In this document: piece after piece, positions 1-11,939 of the stretch
Position numbering within the stretch: position 1 is the stretch's first letter
How the letters are laid out: each line of letters starts with the position of its first letter
NCBI GenBank assembly: GCA_964016885.1
Contig: OZ024740.1
Coordinates: 253,332,001 to 253,396,000, forward strand
Length of the DNA stretch: 64,000 nt
Direction: 5' to 3'
Origin: Eledone cirrhosa
Lineage: Eukaryota
Translations under genes and position numbers: made by a program
Notes under the pieces: model-generated
What the model was told of the DNA's origin: nothing
The model's database searches: none
What the model saw: the letters and a program-made list of their open reading frames with translations, nothing else

Positions 1-690
1 GTGCGTTCGCATTCTGCCTGGTAACCCGCCAACATAGCCAACCGCCTTATTTCCGCTGCGAAAATGTTGACGCGCTCACCATTCCACCTGATTCTCGCCA
101 GCTTAGCAAAAGCCGCCAACGGTCCCTCGGCGAATGCATCCATCAGACGCCTCTCAATCTTCTGCACATCTCTTTGGCTGTGCTCGTCCAACTCAAGGAA
201 GAGTACCAGTGCATCGCCCTCGAGGTACAATGCCATGAGGCCGGCCACGTCTTATATCTTCTGCAAGCCCGCGACCAGCCGAACCTTCCGCAGCCAAGCG
301 ACAACATCAACTTCCCTGGTGAATGGCCTGATAGCTTCGTTCATCCGTAGTCTTGTCGCCATCTTCTGATTTGTTTTGCGGCAAGTGTTTTCTTTTTTTT
401 TTTTTTTTTTTTTTTTCAGTCGCCGAAATAGCTTGTGGTTAGAAAAAGCTATCTCACTTACCGCTTTTCACAGGCGCCGCTAAATTCCGCAGCAGGTACT
501 CCTCTTCCATGTGCGTCCGACTGCTTAAAACCGGGAGCTGCCCAAAACGCGTCCTCACCGTATGCTGGTCACCACTAGAGAGAGGCCCTCTCCTGGCCCT
601 TCCGGTCGAGCATCCTTCCGGTCAAAGACCCCTTCCGGTCGAGCACTCCCCACCCCTCCCCCGGCCACCGCACGCCACACCATACCCACA
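1..690 (-). mobile_element. 5' end of an LTR-retroelement: gag-like pseudo-ORF (ATG at 362, runs off window start) with GC-rich leader/LTR
   Basis: Manual minus-strand translation MATRLRMNEAIRPFTREVDVVAWLRKVRLVAGLQKI*DVAGLMALYLEGDALVLFLEL... resembles a Ty3/Gypsy gag capsid N-terminus (PF...W...LYLEGDA) with one in-frame stop. The GC-rich block begins with TG at 690 on the minus strand. Confidence 0.6.
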
Positions 691-755
691 ATATTTTGAG
701 TGGATAGACAATTCTACAATTCAAACTGTAAAGTTAAAATACAAAAGATGCAAAA

Positions 756-1226
756 TATGATGAATTTCTTACCTTTCTCTTGAATCACAAACTCAAGGAT
801 AAAATAGTACCTTTCAAAATAAAGTTCCTTAATCACAAACTTAGTTGCAACGAAGAAATTGAGATGTTTGGTGACAGTGAGAAAAAAATAGCTTTTGTCA
901 CACTGCGCATGTGTGCGCGTGTGCGTTTGTGTACCTTGTTTTTGGTACAGAAAGAATTTTGTCTCCAGTTTTTATTGCCGGGTCAAAGGCCACTGCTCTT
1001 TTCAACAACATCAAATAACAACGTCATATATATATATATATATAGTTTCCATATATATACACGCACACACATGCGCAGTGTGACAAAAAGCTATTTTTTG
1101 CTCACTGTCACCAAAAATCTCAATTTCTTCGTTGCAACTAAGTTTGTGATTGAGGAACTTTATTTTGAAAGGTACTATTTTTCCCTTGAGTTTGTGATTC
1201 AAGAGAAAGGTAAGAAATTCTTCATA
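756..1226. repeat. Fold-back element, ~165-bp inverted arms (756-922 / 1059-1226)
   Basis: gaatttcttacctttctcttgaatcacaaactcaagg...cactgcgcatgtgtg is the near-perfect reverse complement of cacacatgcgcagtg...cttgagtttgtgattcaagagaaaggtaagaaattc. Confidence 0.9.
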
Positions 1227-1270
1227 TATATATAAATATAGTTTCCATTTATTTAATATCATTGTATATA

Positions 1271-1515
1271 TATATATTGGTAAACGGAATAGAAAATGCT
1301 GACAAATTGTTCACAGTTGAAAACAGCACGGACACTCTATCTCAAAATTATTTTTGAAAAGCATTTAGAAATGCGCAACCGGTAAAAACTTAAAAACTTA
1401 AAACCACAACTGAATACTAACCCATACAATCACTAATACTCTTTTATTCCTAATTAAACCATTTTTCAACTGTGAACAATTTGTCAGCATTTTCTATTCC
1501 GTTTACCAATATATA
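1271..1515. repeat. TA-flanked fold-back element, ~50-bp inverted arms, with a decayed hammerhead-like motif (1351-1388) in the spacer
   Basis: Arms tatattggtaaacggaatagaaaatgctgacaaattgttcacagttgaaaa and its reverse complement at 1463-1515. Spacer reads ttt-TTGAAAA-gcattt ag aaatgc-GCAA-ccgg-TA-aaa. Confidence 0.8.
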
Positions 1516-1544
1516 ATAACTTGTGTGTTACACCTCTATTCTAT

Positions 1545-1548
<4 letters not shown>

Positions 1549-1628
<80 letters not shown>
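1549..1628. repeat. (TA)n microsatellite (others at 7620-7676, 35991-36030, 58588-58640 etc.)
   Basis: Read directly. Confidence 0.95.
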
Positions 1629-1630
<2 letters not shown>

Positions 1631-1908
1631 AAAAAATACCTTAACGGTTCAAGTTTTTCCGTTAACGTATTTTTTCTTGGTTATGTCAATATTTATAAAA
1701 CAAACTTTGTATTGTATCTGATGAGAGCGTACCAAAGTTTTGGTACCCTTGAAATATATATAATACAATAAATATGGTTTTATAAATATAGATTACATTT
1801 ATTTAATATCATTGTATATTATACTTCAGAAAACTTGTCGAGTGCTCTGAATCAGTTATAAACATTTATATTTGTTGAATTACCAACAAATTGAATATCC
1901 CTTTTGCT

Positions 1909-1910
<2 letters not shown>
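1628..1910 (+). mobile_element. Non-coding hammerhead-bearing repeat embedded in (TA)n (probable PLE pLTR derivative); same family as 36030-36470
   Basis: High identity to 36030-36470. Terminal hairpin aagaaaaaataccttaacgg...ccgttaacgtattttttctt. Flanked by (TA)n on both sides. Confidence 0.7.
1710..1770 (+). ncRNA. Type I hammerhead ribozyme motif (minimal, palindromic helix III)
   Basis: Stem I tattgtat/atacaata; CUGAUGA 1718-1724; stem II gag.cgtaccaaa..tttggtac.ctt; GAAA 1751-1754; tatata; UA, with predicted cleavage after 1762. Confidence 0.8.
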
Positions 1911-1980
<70 letters not shown>

Positions 1981-2044
1981 GACAGAGAGTAAGAAATGTG
2001 TGTGTGTGTGTGTGTGGTACAGGTCTATCTATCTATCTCTCCAA

Positions 2045-2449
2045 CAGGGGGCTCAAACATGCGGCCCACAAACTACTTTTCTATGGCCCGTGGTAGAACC
2101 AATATTTCAGATTCCATTATAACTGGTGGAAATAAGGCGGTGAGCTGGTGGAATCGTTAGCACATCTGGCGAAATGCTTAGCGGTACTTCTTCCGTTTTT
2201 AGGTTCCGAGTTCAAATTCTGCTGATCTCAACTTTGCCTTTCATCTTTTTGGGGTCGATAAATTAAGTACCAGTTGTGAACTGTGATCGATGTAATCGAC
2301 GGGACCCTAAACCCTAAATTTCATGCCTTGTGCCTATAGTAGAAATGATTATAACTGGTGAAAACCATCAACCACAACCACATTTGGCCCACTCTGCCTC
2401 TCCTCCAGGACGTAATGGCCCTTTTATGTCCTTGAGTTTGAGACCCCTC
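2045..2449. mobile_element. hAT/Charlie-like MITE interrupted by a SINE
   Basis: TIRs cagggggctcaaac (2045) and gtttgagacccct (2436-2448); subterminal ggccc motifs. No clean 8-bp TSD. Confidence 0.6.
2136..2347 (+). mobile_element. tRNA-derived SINE with target-site duplication
   Basis: Head ggcggtgagctgg...gagttcaaat (B box); body ttgcctttcatc..ggggtcgataaattaagtaccag; TSD attataactggtg at 2116 and 2348. Confidence 0.85.
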
Positions 2450-2489
2450 TTCTACACACACACACATATATATATATATATACACTTTT

Positions 2490-2745
2490 GTTTTTTTCTA
2501 TCTCTGGACTACGCCCATGCTGGAGCATAACCTTGGTAAGTTATGGGGATGTCAACAAACCAACAAACATTGGTGGGAGGGCAAACACAAACGCAAAGAC
2601 ACACACAGACATACATACATATATACGACGGGCTTCTTTTAGTTTCGGTCTAGCAAATCCACTCACAGAGCTTTGGTTGCCCCTGACAGTGGGATTGAAC
2701 CCGGAAACATGTGGTTGGGAAGCAAGCTTCTTGTCACACTGTGCA
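2490..2745 (-). mobile_element. tRNA-derived SINE (second family), decayed
   Basis: Minus strand shows a tRNA-like head (aagcttgcttcccaaccacatgtttccgggttcaatcccactg) and a body typical of octopus SINEs, from recall. Confidence 0.65.
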
Positions 2746-3010
2746 TGTGTGTGTGTTTTATCAAATTAACAATGAAAATAAAAAGAACAAAGTTAAGTTA
2801 CTTTATAACTTTGTTTTTATTGTGTTGTTTTTATTTTTATTGTTAATTTAATACCTAATATCTGACTCTGTATCTGAAGAATTAATTCAGCGAAACACAG
2901 AACTTCTCTATGGATTTTACAAGATTACATTGAGTTATATCCAGAGGTAGACCAGACTGAAAAAATAAAAACAATATACATGTGTGTCTGTGTGTGTGTG
3001 TAATATATAT

Positions 3011-6000
3011 ATCATCATCATCATCATCATCATCATCGTTTAACGTCCATCTTCCACGCTAGCATGGGTTAGACGGGAGTTGTCCCACTTGAGGCAAGGT
3101 TGGTCGGGTGACCGTGTCTCGCTCTTATAGGACTATCTGGCAGGTTTTCTATGTCTGGATGCCCTTCCTAACACCAACCACATTTACAGTGTGGAACTGG
3201 GAACTTTTTACCGTGTTACCTACATGACCACATTACAGCGTGGACTGTGTTTTTTTGTCGTGACACCTACACGATCTCGATCTCATTATCTCGTGGTTAC
3301 GGTGCGAGTGGGAGGGTAGGGTAGGAGTAGTGGATTGGGGTGTATATTTGGTTAAGAGGTGCCTACTGACTGTAGGTTTCGCTTTGTACATAGATATGCA
3401 AGGCGGGTCTTCTGAATTAATGCATGGCGCCAAAGATCTCGGTCCAGTGACATTGTCTTAGAGAGGTGCAAGTGTGTAAGGTCGGAATTTATCAGATCGT
3501 CCCAGGTTTTTCTGGGTCTACCTACTCCGTAACTACCATCAATTTTGATTGCCCTGCACTTTTTTATGCAGCTGTCGTCTTTCATGCGCATCACGTGACC
3601 ATACCAACGTAGTCTTCTCTTAAGTAAACAGCATCTGATCCCTCTTATTCCTAATTTCTCACTTAGTTCATTTATGCTTTGCCGTTCACGTATATTACTA
3701 TTACACATCCAACGGAGCATGCATGCTTCGTTCCTTTCCAGTCTGCGCAGGTCCTCTGCACATAATGCCCATGTCTCACTGCCATGTAGCATTGCTGTTC
3801 GTATACAGGCATCATACAATCTGCCTTTCATTTTTAGAGAGAAACCTTTTGTGGCCAACAGCGGTATAAGCTCTCTGAACTTTTTCCATCCCGTTCTGAC
3901 TCTGGCTACTGTACTTCCAGAACATCCTCCACCACTGCTGATTTCGTCACCCAGGTAACGGAAAGTGTCCACTATTTCTATAGAACCATCTGGGCAATAG
4001 AAGGAGCTAGTATCCTGTGGACACTTGCTACTTATTGCACCTGAGCATTGGCCACATATAAAGTCTACGTTCTTAGATAGTTTACCTGTGATCCCACTAC
4101 ATCTTTTATGTACCCATACTTTGCATTTGGGACATAAAATGGAATTTCTGCCTACTCCTTTCCTACACACTGAGCAAGGCCATTTCCCTGAGGGCACCTG
4201 TGCCTTATTTTCCTTTCTACAAACTAGAACTTTAGTCTTAGACAAGTTAACTTTAAGGCCTTTTGATTCTCGGCCATGCTTCCATGTTTAGAATTTCTTC
4301 TCTAGTTCAGCCATTGATTCAGCTATGAGCGTTAGATCATCTGCGTATAGGAGTTCCCATGGGCAATTGGTCTTTAACTCCTCTGTTAAAGCCTGGGTCA
4401 ATAATAAATAGGAGAGGGCTAAGGACAGAGCCTTGATGAACGCCAACTTTTACACTAAATTCTTCACAATATTCCTTGTTAATTCTAACCTTACTGACTG
4501 TTTCATTATACATAGCTTGTATAGCTCTCACAAGCCATTCATCTACACCTAGTTTTCTAAGAGCCCACCAGATAATGGAGCGTGGGACTCTGTCAAAGGC
4601 TTTCTCCAGGTCTACAAAAGCTAAGTAGAGGGGTTTACCTCTAGCTAGGTACTTCTCTTGTAGTTGTCGTACAAGGAAAAGAGCGTCTGTGGTACTTTTA
4701 CCTGACACAAACCCAAACTGCATTTCATCTAGATCAATTCGCTCTCTGATTAGTTGCGCTATAACTCTTTCTGTGACCTTCATGACCTGGTCAACTAACT
4801 TAATGCCTCTATAATTTCCCCTATCTAGAGCATCCCCTTTACTCTTGTAGCAGTTAATGATGATGATGCTACGCCAGTCTTTCGGTATGACCCCATTCTG
4901 TATTACTTGGTTAACTATACGGGTGACCATAGTGTGTCCCACCATACCAGATACCTTCAACATCTCAGCAACTATCTCCGAAGGCCCAGCTGCCTTGCCT
5001 GTCTTCATATCTTTGATTGCCTTACTTATTATACTACCTTTAACTTGCACCGCTGGTCCTTCTATTGGATCGACTTGGGGCAGACTATCTTTTTCCCATT
5101 TATTCTCCTCATTTAATAGTCTCTCGTAGTGACACTTCCAGGCTATCTTCTTATCAGTATCAGTGAGCGCAAGTACACCATTATCATTACGGACACACTT
5201 CCCCCCGACAATATCACGGTTTTCCTTGACACATTGTCTAGCAATTCTGAACACCTCACGTTTTTTGGTCTTCACGTTGTAGAACATGCTTGAACTTTCT
5301 ATCCTCTGCTTCCCTTTTTGCAAGGTACACTTGTCTCCTAGCTTCTCTCTTGGCCACTTGATAGTGCTCTCTACTTCCCCCATCCTGCCATACTTTCCAA
5401 GCCTGCTTTTTGGCCTTGATTGTCTCTTCCACCTTACTGTTCCACCACCAAGTTACTCTCCTCCTGCCAATAGGTTTGCTCCAGCCACAGATTTCATCCG
5501 TTGCTTTCAGCAGGTTCACTTTCAAGAATTGCCACTGTTCCTCTATATCGCACATCTCTAATTGCTCTTCCTTATTGTCAGAGGCATCAAGTAATAAGCT
5601 TTTAAATTTGTCACTGGCTATGGGGTCCTTCAACTTCCATATTCTTCTCCTCAAGGTAGGCCTCCTCTGTCGTCGAGTACGTCTATGAGGTCACTAACTA
5701 CTAGGCTATGTTGGGAGGTGCATTCTTCACGGGGGAGGGATTTAGTGTTTACAACAGACATTTTGTCCCATCTTCTAGTAAGAGTATAATCTATCTGGCT
5801 GGCGTGTTCCCCTGATCTATAGGTGATCAAGTGGTTTTCACGTTTTTTGAAGTTTGTGTTACAGATAGTTAGGCTATTTGCGTCACATAATTCCAGGATT
5901 CTGAAGCCCTCCTCATTTCTATTTCCAACCCCATAGCCTCTATGGATTCCATCATAGCCATCACTATGTTGTCCAACGTGACCATTTAGATCGCCAGCAA

Positions 6001-7000
6001 TAATTAAGTAGTCAATGTCGGTTATTTGGGAGGTAGTGTGCATTAGCGTCTCATAGAACCTGTCCTTTATAACGTCAAGTAGACCATATTGGGGTGCATA
6101 AGCAGATATTATTGTCACAGTAGTTCTATTTAGAACTATTCTTAATTTAATTATTCTGTCATTTACGTCAATTACCTTATCTACCCATTTTTCAGCTAAC
6201 ATAATTCCTACACCACCCTGTCCGTTGTCATTTCCCACCCAGAAAAGTTTATAGCATCGCTTTTTACCCACGATGAATCTGGCAGACCCCCCCCCCCCTC
6301 TCCACCTAGTCTCTTGAATACAACAAACATCAACTTCTTTACGTTCAAGCCTCTCTACAACCTCATTTGAGCGACCTTTCAATGTTCCTACGTTCATGGT
6401 ACCAACTCTGAAGTTGGGAGGATGGGATGGATGGGTTGGAGAGGCAGGGAGGGGTGTGGAAGAAGGAATTTTGTTGGTCTTCCGTGTCTGAAATAAAGAG
6501 GGGTCCTTGTATTCTTGTCTTGCAGCGGGACGTGAATTTATCTTTATCTGTGACATTGTCATTGAGTGCTTAGACTTTCCAAATTTCCGCAGTCAACCCA
6601 TCAAACAGGTCTAAACTTAAGGAGTAGTAACCGGGGTGGTAGCTTTGCTATACTGATTTGTTAGAGAACTTACTAAAGCCGCTGAGTTATGATTGGACAA
6701 TATAGCAACGGTGGTGTGTGGGTTGGGGTGGGGGAAATGGGTAACTTTAGGAGAAGGTTAGTTTTTAGGAAGGGTCCAACAGATTGAGACATATTAGTAA
6801 AAACATGTAAAATAATAATTGAAAATCCGAGAGGTAAACGGAGAATTTGAATTTTAGACTGGCATAAATAAGAGTTTAAAACACTGCTTATTGAGAAGAC
6901 TATGGATAAAAGAAAAGACAAGCATTGCTTACATTCTCAAAATCTACAGATCGCCCGTAAGATAGATTATGTAGATAAATTCTGTCCTTGGGAACCAGCA
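3011..7000 (-). mobile_element. Near full-length RTE-clade LINE (APE endonuclease - RT with inserted PHD finger), inactivated by stops/frameshifts; (GAT)n tail
   Basis: ORF pieces: 5651-6562 (TMNVGTL, IQETRW, AGDLNGH, SQIDY, SQH = APE); 4337-5383 (NYRGIKL, QFGF, FVDLEKAFD, GVHQGS); 3352-4245 (PHD, FRYLG, RLRWYGHV, GRPRKTW). (ATC)n at 3011-3036. The 5' boundary is approximate. Confidence 0.92.
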
Positions 7001-7351
7001 AGATTTATTTTATACTTGGATCAGGTATGAGAGAAGGAGCAAAGTGTTTACAAAGTTTGCGAGCGAGATGCAGGAAGGTTCTAGAATAATTAATTAATAA
7101 TAATACTAGGTGGTTAGTTTTTAGGAAGGGTCCAACAGATTGAGACATATTATTAAAAACATGTAAAATAATAATTGAAAATCCGAGAGGAAAACGGAGA
7201 ATATATATATGTATATATAACAACATGTGTGATTTTGGTGTGACCTACCAGCGCAGATGCTTTCAGCATCTTGGAAGCTATACCTAATGGACCGGTTGCT
7301 TTCCCTTAATTGCCATATATATATATATATATTGTTATATATACATATTGT

Positions 7352-7380
<29 letters not shown>

Positions 7381-7383
<3 letters not shown>

Positions 7384-7568
7384 TGTTTCTACCTTTGGCA
7401 CAAGGCTAGCAATTACCCAATGCATTACTGGTACTTTATTCTATCGACCCCGGAAGGATGAAAGGCAAAGTTAACTTCGGCGGGATTTGAACTCAGATCA
7501 TACAGGGAGGTAACTCTATGCTTCAAAGCATGGCACTGATCCTCTACCGATACTGCCAATCCACCGCC
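7381..7568 (-). mobile_element. tRNA-derived SINE with (TTA)n-type tail
   Basis: Same family as 30268-30457, 40897-41051 and 57350-57542; contains cctttcatccttccggggtcgatagaataaagtaccag on the minus strand. Confidence 0.85.
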
Positions 7569-7618
7569 TTTATATAATAATAATAATAATAAAATGTGGA
7601 GAGGAGGCACACGAGTTA

Positions 7619-7680
<62 letters not shown>

Positions 7681-7849
7681 ACAGGGAGAAAGAGACGATT
7701 ATGAGGAAGAAAAATATATTTTTTTCCTTTTTTGTTTCTCTCTCTCTTTTTTCTGGGTTAGAAAATGATTAAAACGAAATGTTTTACTTTGTGTGAAGTG
7801 TTAAGGTATTAGTTGATTTATTTAATAATGGCATTTATTTATCTATTTA

Positions 7850-9070
7850 TATATTTAATTATTGTCTATTACCAGTTTCAGCATTTATATGCATTATCAA
7901 ATGATAGTGAAATGTGTGGTGTCGCACATGTTAAACAGAAGGTGCAGAAAGAATAATGTTATATACAAACAAGGTTTAAGAAGTGAAAAGAAAAAAGAAA
8001 AAGGAAAACAAAAACGTGCATAATGTGGAACGTAAAAAGTCAATGTGGAAGAAAAAATAATGTTATTTACAAGCACAGTCATTGAAGTTAAGCAGTTCAA
8101 AATGTGTTAATATCGCAAGAGTGCTTAGTTTAACCATGGTTCCGTGAAGGAGACAAATGGTGAACTGTGGTTTGATATGATTTCCCTTTTTAGAGAGTTA
8201 ATATGCAGGGGGAAGCAATTCTTGCTGGGTGATATTTAATTTATTTAAGAAAAAGGATTAGAGGAAGGTAACTCTTGTAAATGTTTGATGGTTTGTTGCA
8301 GTTTTAGATTGGTCCGATTTTTAGGGCATTGAGTAGTGGTTGAAATTTATTAATGAAATGTGTTTCCTTATTGGTACGTTGGATGAAAGTAGCGTTGTCT
8401 ATGAATTTGTAAATGGGGAAAATTTTAAAGTTTGGATGTTGGTTGAGAGCACAATTGGCGATATGTTCACTAAATGCAATCTTTCTGTATTCCTGTATTT
8501 TAATTTGTGATTTATGGACGGTCATACGTTGACGGAGGCTGTTTTTTGTCTGTCCTATGTAGTCCTCTTGACAACCTGAGCATGTCAAAACATAGATAAG
8601 GTTTTCAGATGCACATGTAAAGTTGTGTTTAACTGTGAAACGTTGTCCTTGTTTAAAATGGAATGTTGAATCTTCTATTAGATTTATGCATATGCCACAG
8701 TTGGGCCTTCCGCATTTTGTTACTGTAGGGTTCATTGTGAGGGTTTGTTGGATTTTGGCTTGTGTGAGGATGGTTTTTATGGATTTGGGTTGTCTTTTGC
8801 TCTTTATGATGTTGTGTGTTTGGAGGATATTGTTCATTCTTGGGTCTCTTTTTAGTAAAGGAATGTTCTGGAGGATGGTGTCGAATGCCTCATTGTTGAG
8901 GGGGGTTGTGTGTGGAGATGTATGGTAGAGTTTTTTTGTTGCGGTTCACTCCTGGGTTTGGGGTGTCTGAGTTCCTGGATGTCTAGTTTTAGGGCACGTT
9001 GGAATCCATTGGTGATTTGGGATGGTGGGTAGTTTCTGCTGATAAGTGTGTTTTTTAATTCTTCTAGTCC
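7850..9070 (-). mobile_element. 5'-truncated Penelope-like element (GIY-YIG endonuclease, Neptune-type Cys linker)
   Basis: ORF 8304-8837: CGRPNCGIC linker, NLIYVLTCSGCQEDYIGQT, LRQRMTVH, E..FI..F.P.LN. The RT thumb remnant extends to ~9070, next to a short inverted repeat (9071-9252). Confidence 0.85.
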
Positions 9071-10076
9071 TTACACACTTAAATATAAATGCATGCATAT
9101 ATACAAATGCATAAATGCATAGCTATATACATAGGTAAATGTATGTATGTATATATATATGTATGTAGATTTATATATATATAATTATATATATATATAT
9201 ATATATATTTATGCATTTGTATATATGCATGCATTTATATTTAAGTGTGTAAAGATGTTGACATGAGTGATGTTTTTTTTTTGGTAAGGAGAGAATTTTG
9301 CCTCCAGATTTTATTACCTAGGGAGATTAAATACCACAGCTCTGGCTGAAAGCTGACCAGATTATCAACATCATCAAACACCAACGCCAGCCTGTGTGTG
9401 TATATATATATGTATATATGTATGTACGTATGCATAACCCTGCATTTTTGTATGCTTTATTCCATTTTCAACCATTATTTTTATTTATCTGCACTGTGAC
9501 AGCTTCACAAAAGGAAAAGCAACAATATTTTCAAATTTATATTCATTACAATTTGCTGCTTTCGAGTTCCTTTACTCCCTACACTAGAATTCCCTTTATA
9601 CTTATACTCAACAAATTTTCTAGGATATGGTCCATTTCCTAATGCAACTTGATAATAAAATCTCATTCACACATTTAATCTGTGTTTGCAGTCTGCAGAT
9701 GCCAACACGCCTAGGCATTGAAACCTATGGTAGCACACTACATGTTACGTGTGTGAATCATAATGAATGATTTCTCTTGCAGTAGATTGAGAGATGTTTT
9801 CCTTCCATGGCCATTTTTTCTGGATAACTTACAGTATTATAGTTTATATAACTTATAATACTACATAACTTACAGTACTATATAACTTAGAGTACTACAT
9901 AACATACAGTGCTATGGTATATAAACTTCAGAGTAGTTTAGTTGAAATAGTTTTAATACCATATATTAAACGATGATGATGATGACAATGCTGGTGCCAA
10001 CAATGACAATGATGACAACGGTGATGATGATATAGAGCAATGATCTTTCCGAAAGAAATCACTACAGAATACTTAC

Positions 10077-10169
10077 TTGAAATAAATTCTTTTATGTCAG
10101 CCACATCTGTGTCTATCTCAGGGACGTCCTCTCCATCAAAGACCTCCACCCATTTCTTTTGCCCAGCAT
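10077..10169 (-). CDS. FPGS: FPGS-like exon 9 (variable linker): (D)AGQKKWVEVFDGEDVPEIDTDVADIKEFIS
   Basis: ttcacttag acceptor, aa|gtaagt donor, open frame, phase 1 matching the preceding exon. No conserved motif, so the assignment is tentative. Confidence 0.5.
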
Positions 10170-10519
10170 CTAAGTGAACACATTCAATTCAAACCATTAG
10201 ATTACTCAATTAAGAAAGCAAGTATATCATTTGTTCTCTGGTAGATATAAAACCAGAAATTTCAGAGTGACAATACACACCCTTGGCAGAGTCTGACACT
10301 CACATTGAATGTTATCGAATTAGCTTCATTTATCTGAACTCAACAACATCCTGTTCATAGTCTTCATGAACAGGATTGACATACACAGCTGGGTTGGAAG
10401 TGGTGTCAAGATTGACAGGTGTAGGATCAGTTAATGGAATTTGTAGACCACATGCTATTACTTAACTTGTCAAAGGTGATCCCCAACATGCAATGGATAG
10501 GTTGGTTACTGAGTGCTGC

Positions 10520-11150
10520 ATAGCTGGAATGAAAATCAGTGCTCGTGGAGAAGTTTGAGTATCTTGGGATCATTTTCACAAGTGATGGATAGAAGAAGGC
10601 TGAATTAAGGGCAAGCATTGCAGGAGCTGGTGCAGTATAGTGCCAGCTTCAGCATTCAGTCATCAGACGAAAGGAAGTAGGTGTAAAAGCCAAACTCGCT
10701 ATCTTCAATTTTGTATTTGTGCCAATCCTTATGTTTGGTCAGGAATCTTGGGTAATGACTAAAAGAATACGATCGCAAATACAAGCAGCCAAAATAGGGT
10801 TCCTCTGAAAGGTCTTTATAATAACTCAATAGAGTGCATAGCTAGGAGATCAGAGAGTCGGTCCAGACAGAGCTGTTACTGCCCCAAATTGAGAGATCAA
10901 AGCTCCAGTACTATGGACATGGGTTTAAAATGTCTCATGAATGAATCACTGGAGAGATTTTACAGGCAAAACCAGCTGGCCTGAGGCCCAGGGGTAGACC
11001 CCAGACAAGATAGTTGGATAACATCCATGAGCTCAGCTGGACTTGCTTTGGGATCCAACTGGATCAATTGGGGACAGTTATTCTGACAAGACCTACTAGG
11101 AGTGTTTGAGGTCTGCCCCCACAATCTTCCCAAGTATAAATTTGGCAAAG
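10520..11150 (+). mobile_element. Old RTE-clade LINE 3' fragment (different family)
   Basis: Decayed EKFEYLG, GQESW, YYGH, RPRGRP motifs. Confidence 0.65.
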
Positions 11151-11939
11151 AAGAAAATGTAATTAATGCGGTTATATATGTCGTTAAGTAATAAAAAAAC
11201 CTTTGTTAATGTAGTTATATATGTTGTTAGTTATATAAAAAGCTTTGTGGTCACCTATGAATGAAGACAGCTTTTGGTTTTCCTCTATGAATCTTTAAAG
11301 ATTTCAAGTTATCCCAGCCATCCATAGTATCTTTCGTTTCTTTCAGGTATTTCTGTCCACACTTTAAAAATGTTCAGTATACATTATTATTTGCTTATTT
11401 GTCCCTAACTTATATTTTGCCTATTTTCGAAATAAACCACACTGTATATTCTCCCCCTCTCTCTCTCCAACTCTCTACATATTCAAACTCATCCCAATAT
11501 ATCATTTAGTCGGTGGCTGTCTTCTAAATTCTCCCACATTCGCCTTGTCGAATATGCCTACTTGTATCTGCTTATTTCCCCTGAATCTTCAGCGATGATA
11601 TACACCATGATGGCTACCAATCTCACAATTTAACTCCTTCCCAACCCCACTTACCACCATAGACTCTGCAACCAATCAAACCACAGCAACATATCCTCAC
11701 CCATTTCCTGTGCCAACAAATTCTGCCATTATTGCTACCGTCTTTTCTATCCCTGCTCTGAAGAAATTCCTGTTTATCGTTATCTATGGATGAGCTGAGG
11801 ATGATAGAACAATGCCAAATAAATAAATAAATGAATACGACACCATGAGTTACCAAGCGTCCATGTGAAGCTTTAATTCAGAGGCAGAAAGCATACACAC
11901 TCCTCTGCAATAATTCCCCATCCCCCACGTATCTGGGAT

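Noticed and set aside
64-369. Plus-strand 101-aa ORF
   Set aside because: Antisense shadow of the minus-strand gag-like frame.
2136-2225. tRNA gene candidates (A/B-box heads here and at 2690-2740, 7480-7568)
   Set aside because: No full cloverleaf; they continue into SINE bodies.
6563-7300. HDV-like or twister ribozyme at the RTE 5' end
   Set aside because: No fold found by eye. 7230-7295 is an RT-coding scrap and 6757-6845/7110-7200 is a local duplication.
7860-7905. Hammerhead-like relics near PLE ends (also 23555-23600)
   Set aside because: Two or more core changes and no credible stem I; too decayed to call.
9318-9391. Exon-shaped minus-strand segment LALVFDDVDNLVSFQPELWYLISL
   Set aside because: Phase is incompatible with the preceding FPGS exon (a stop falls in that frame), the acceptor is poor, and there is no FPGS motif.
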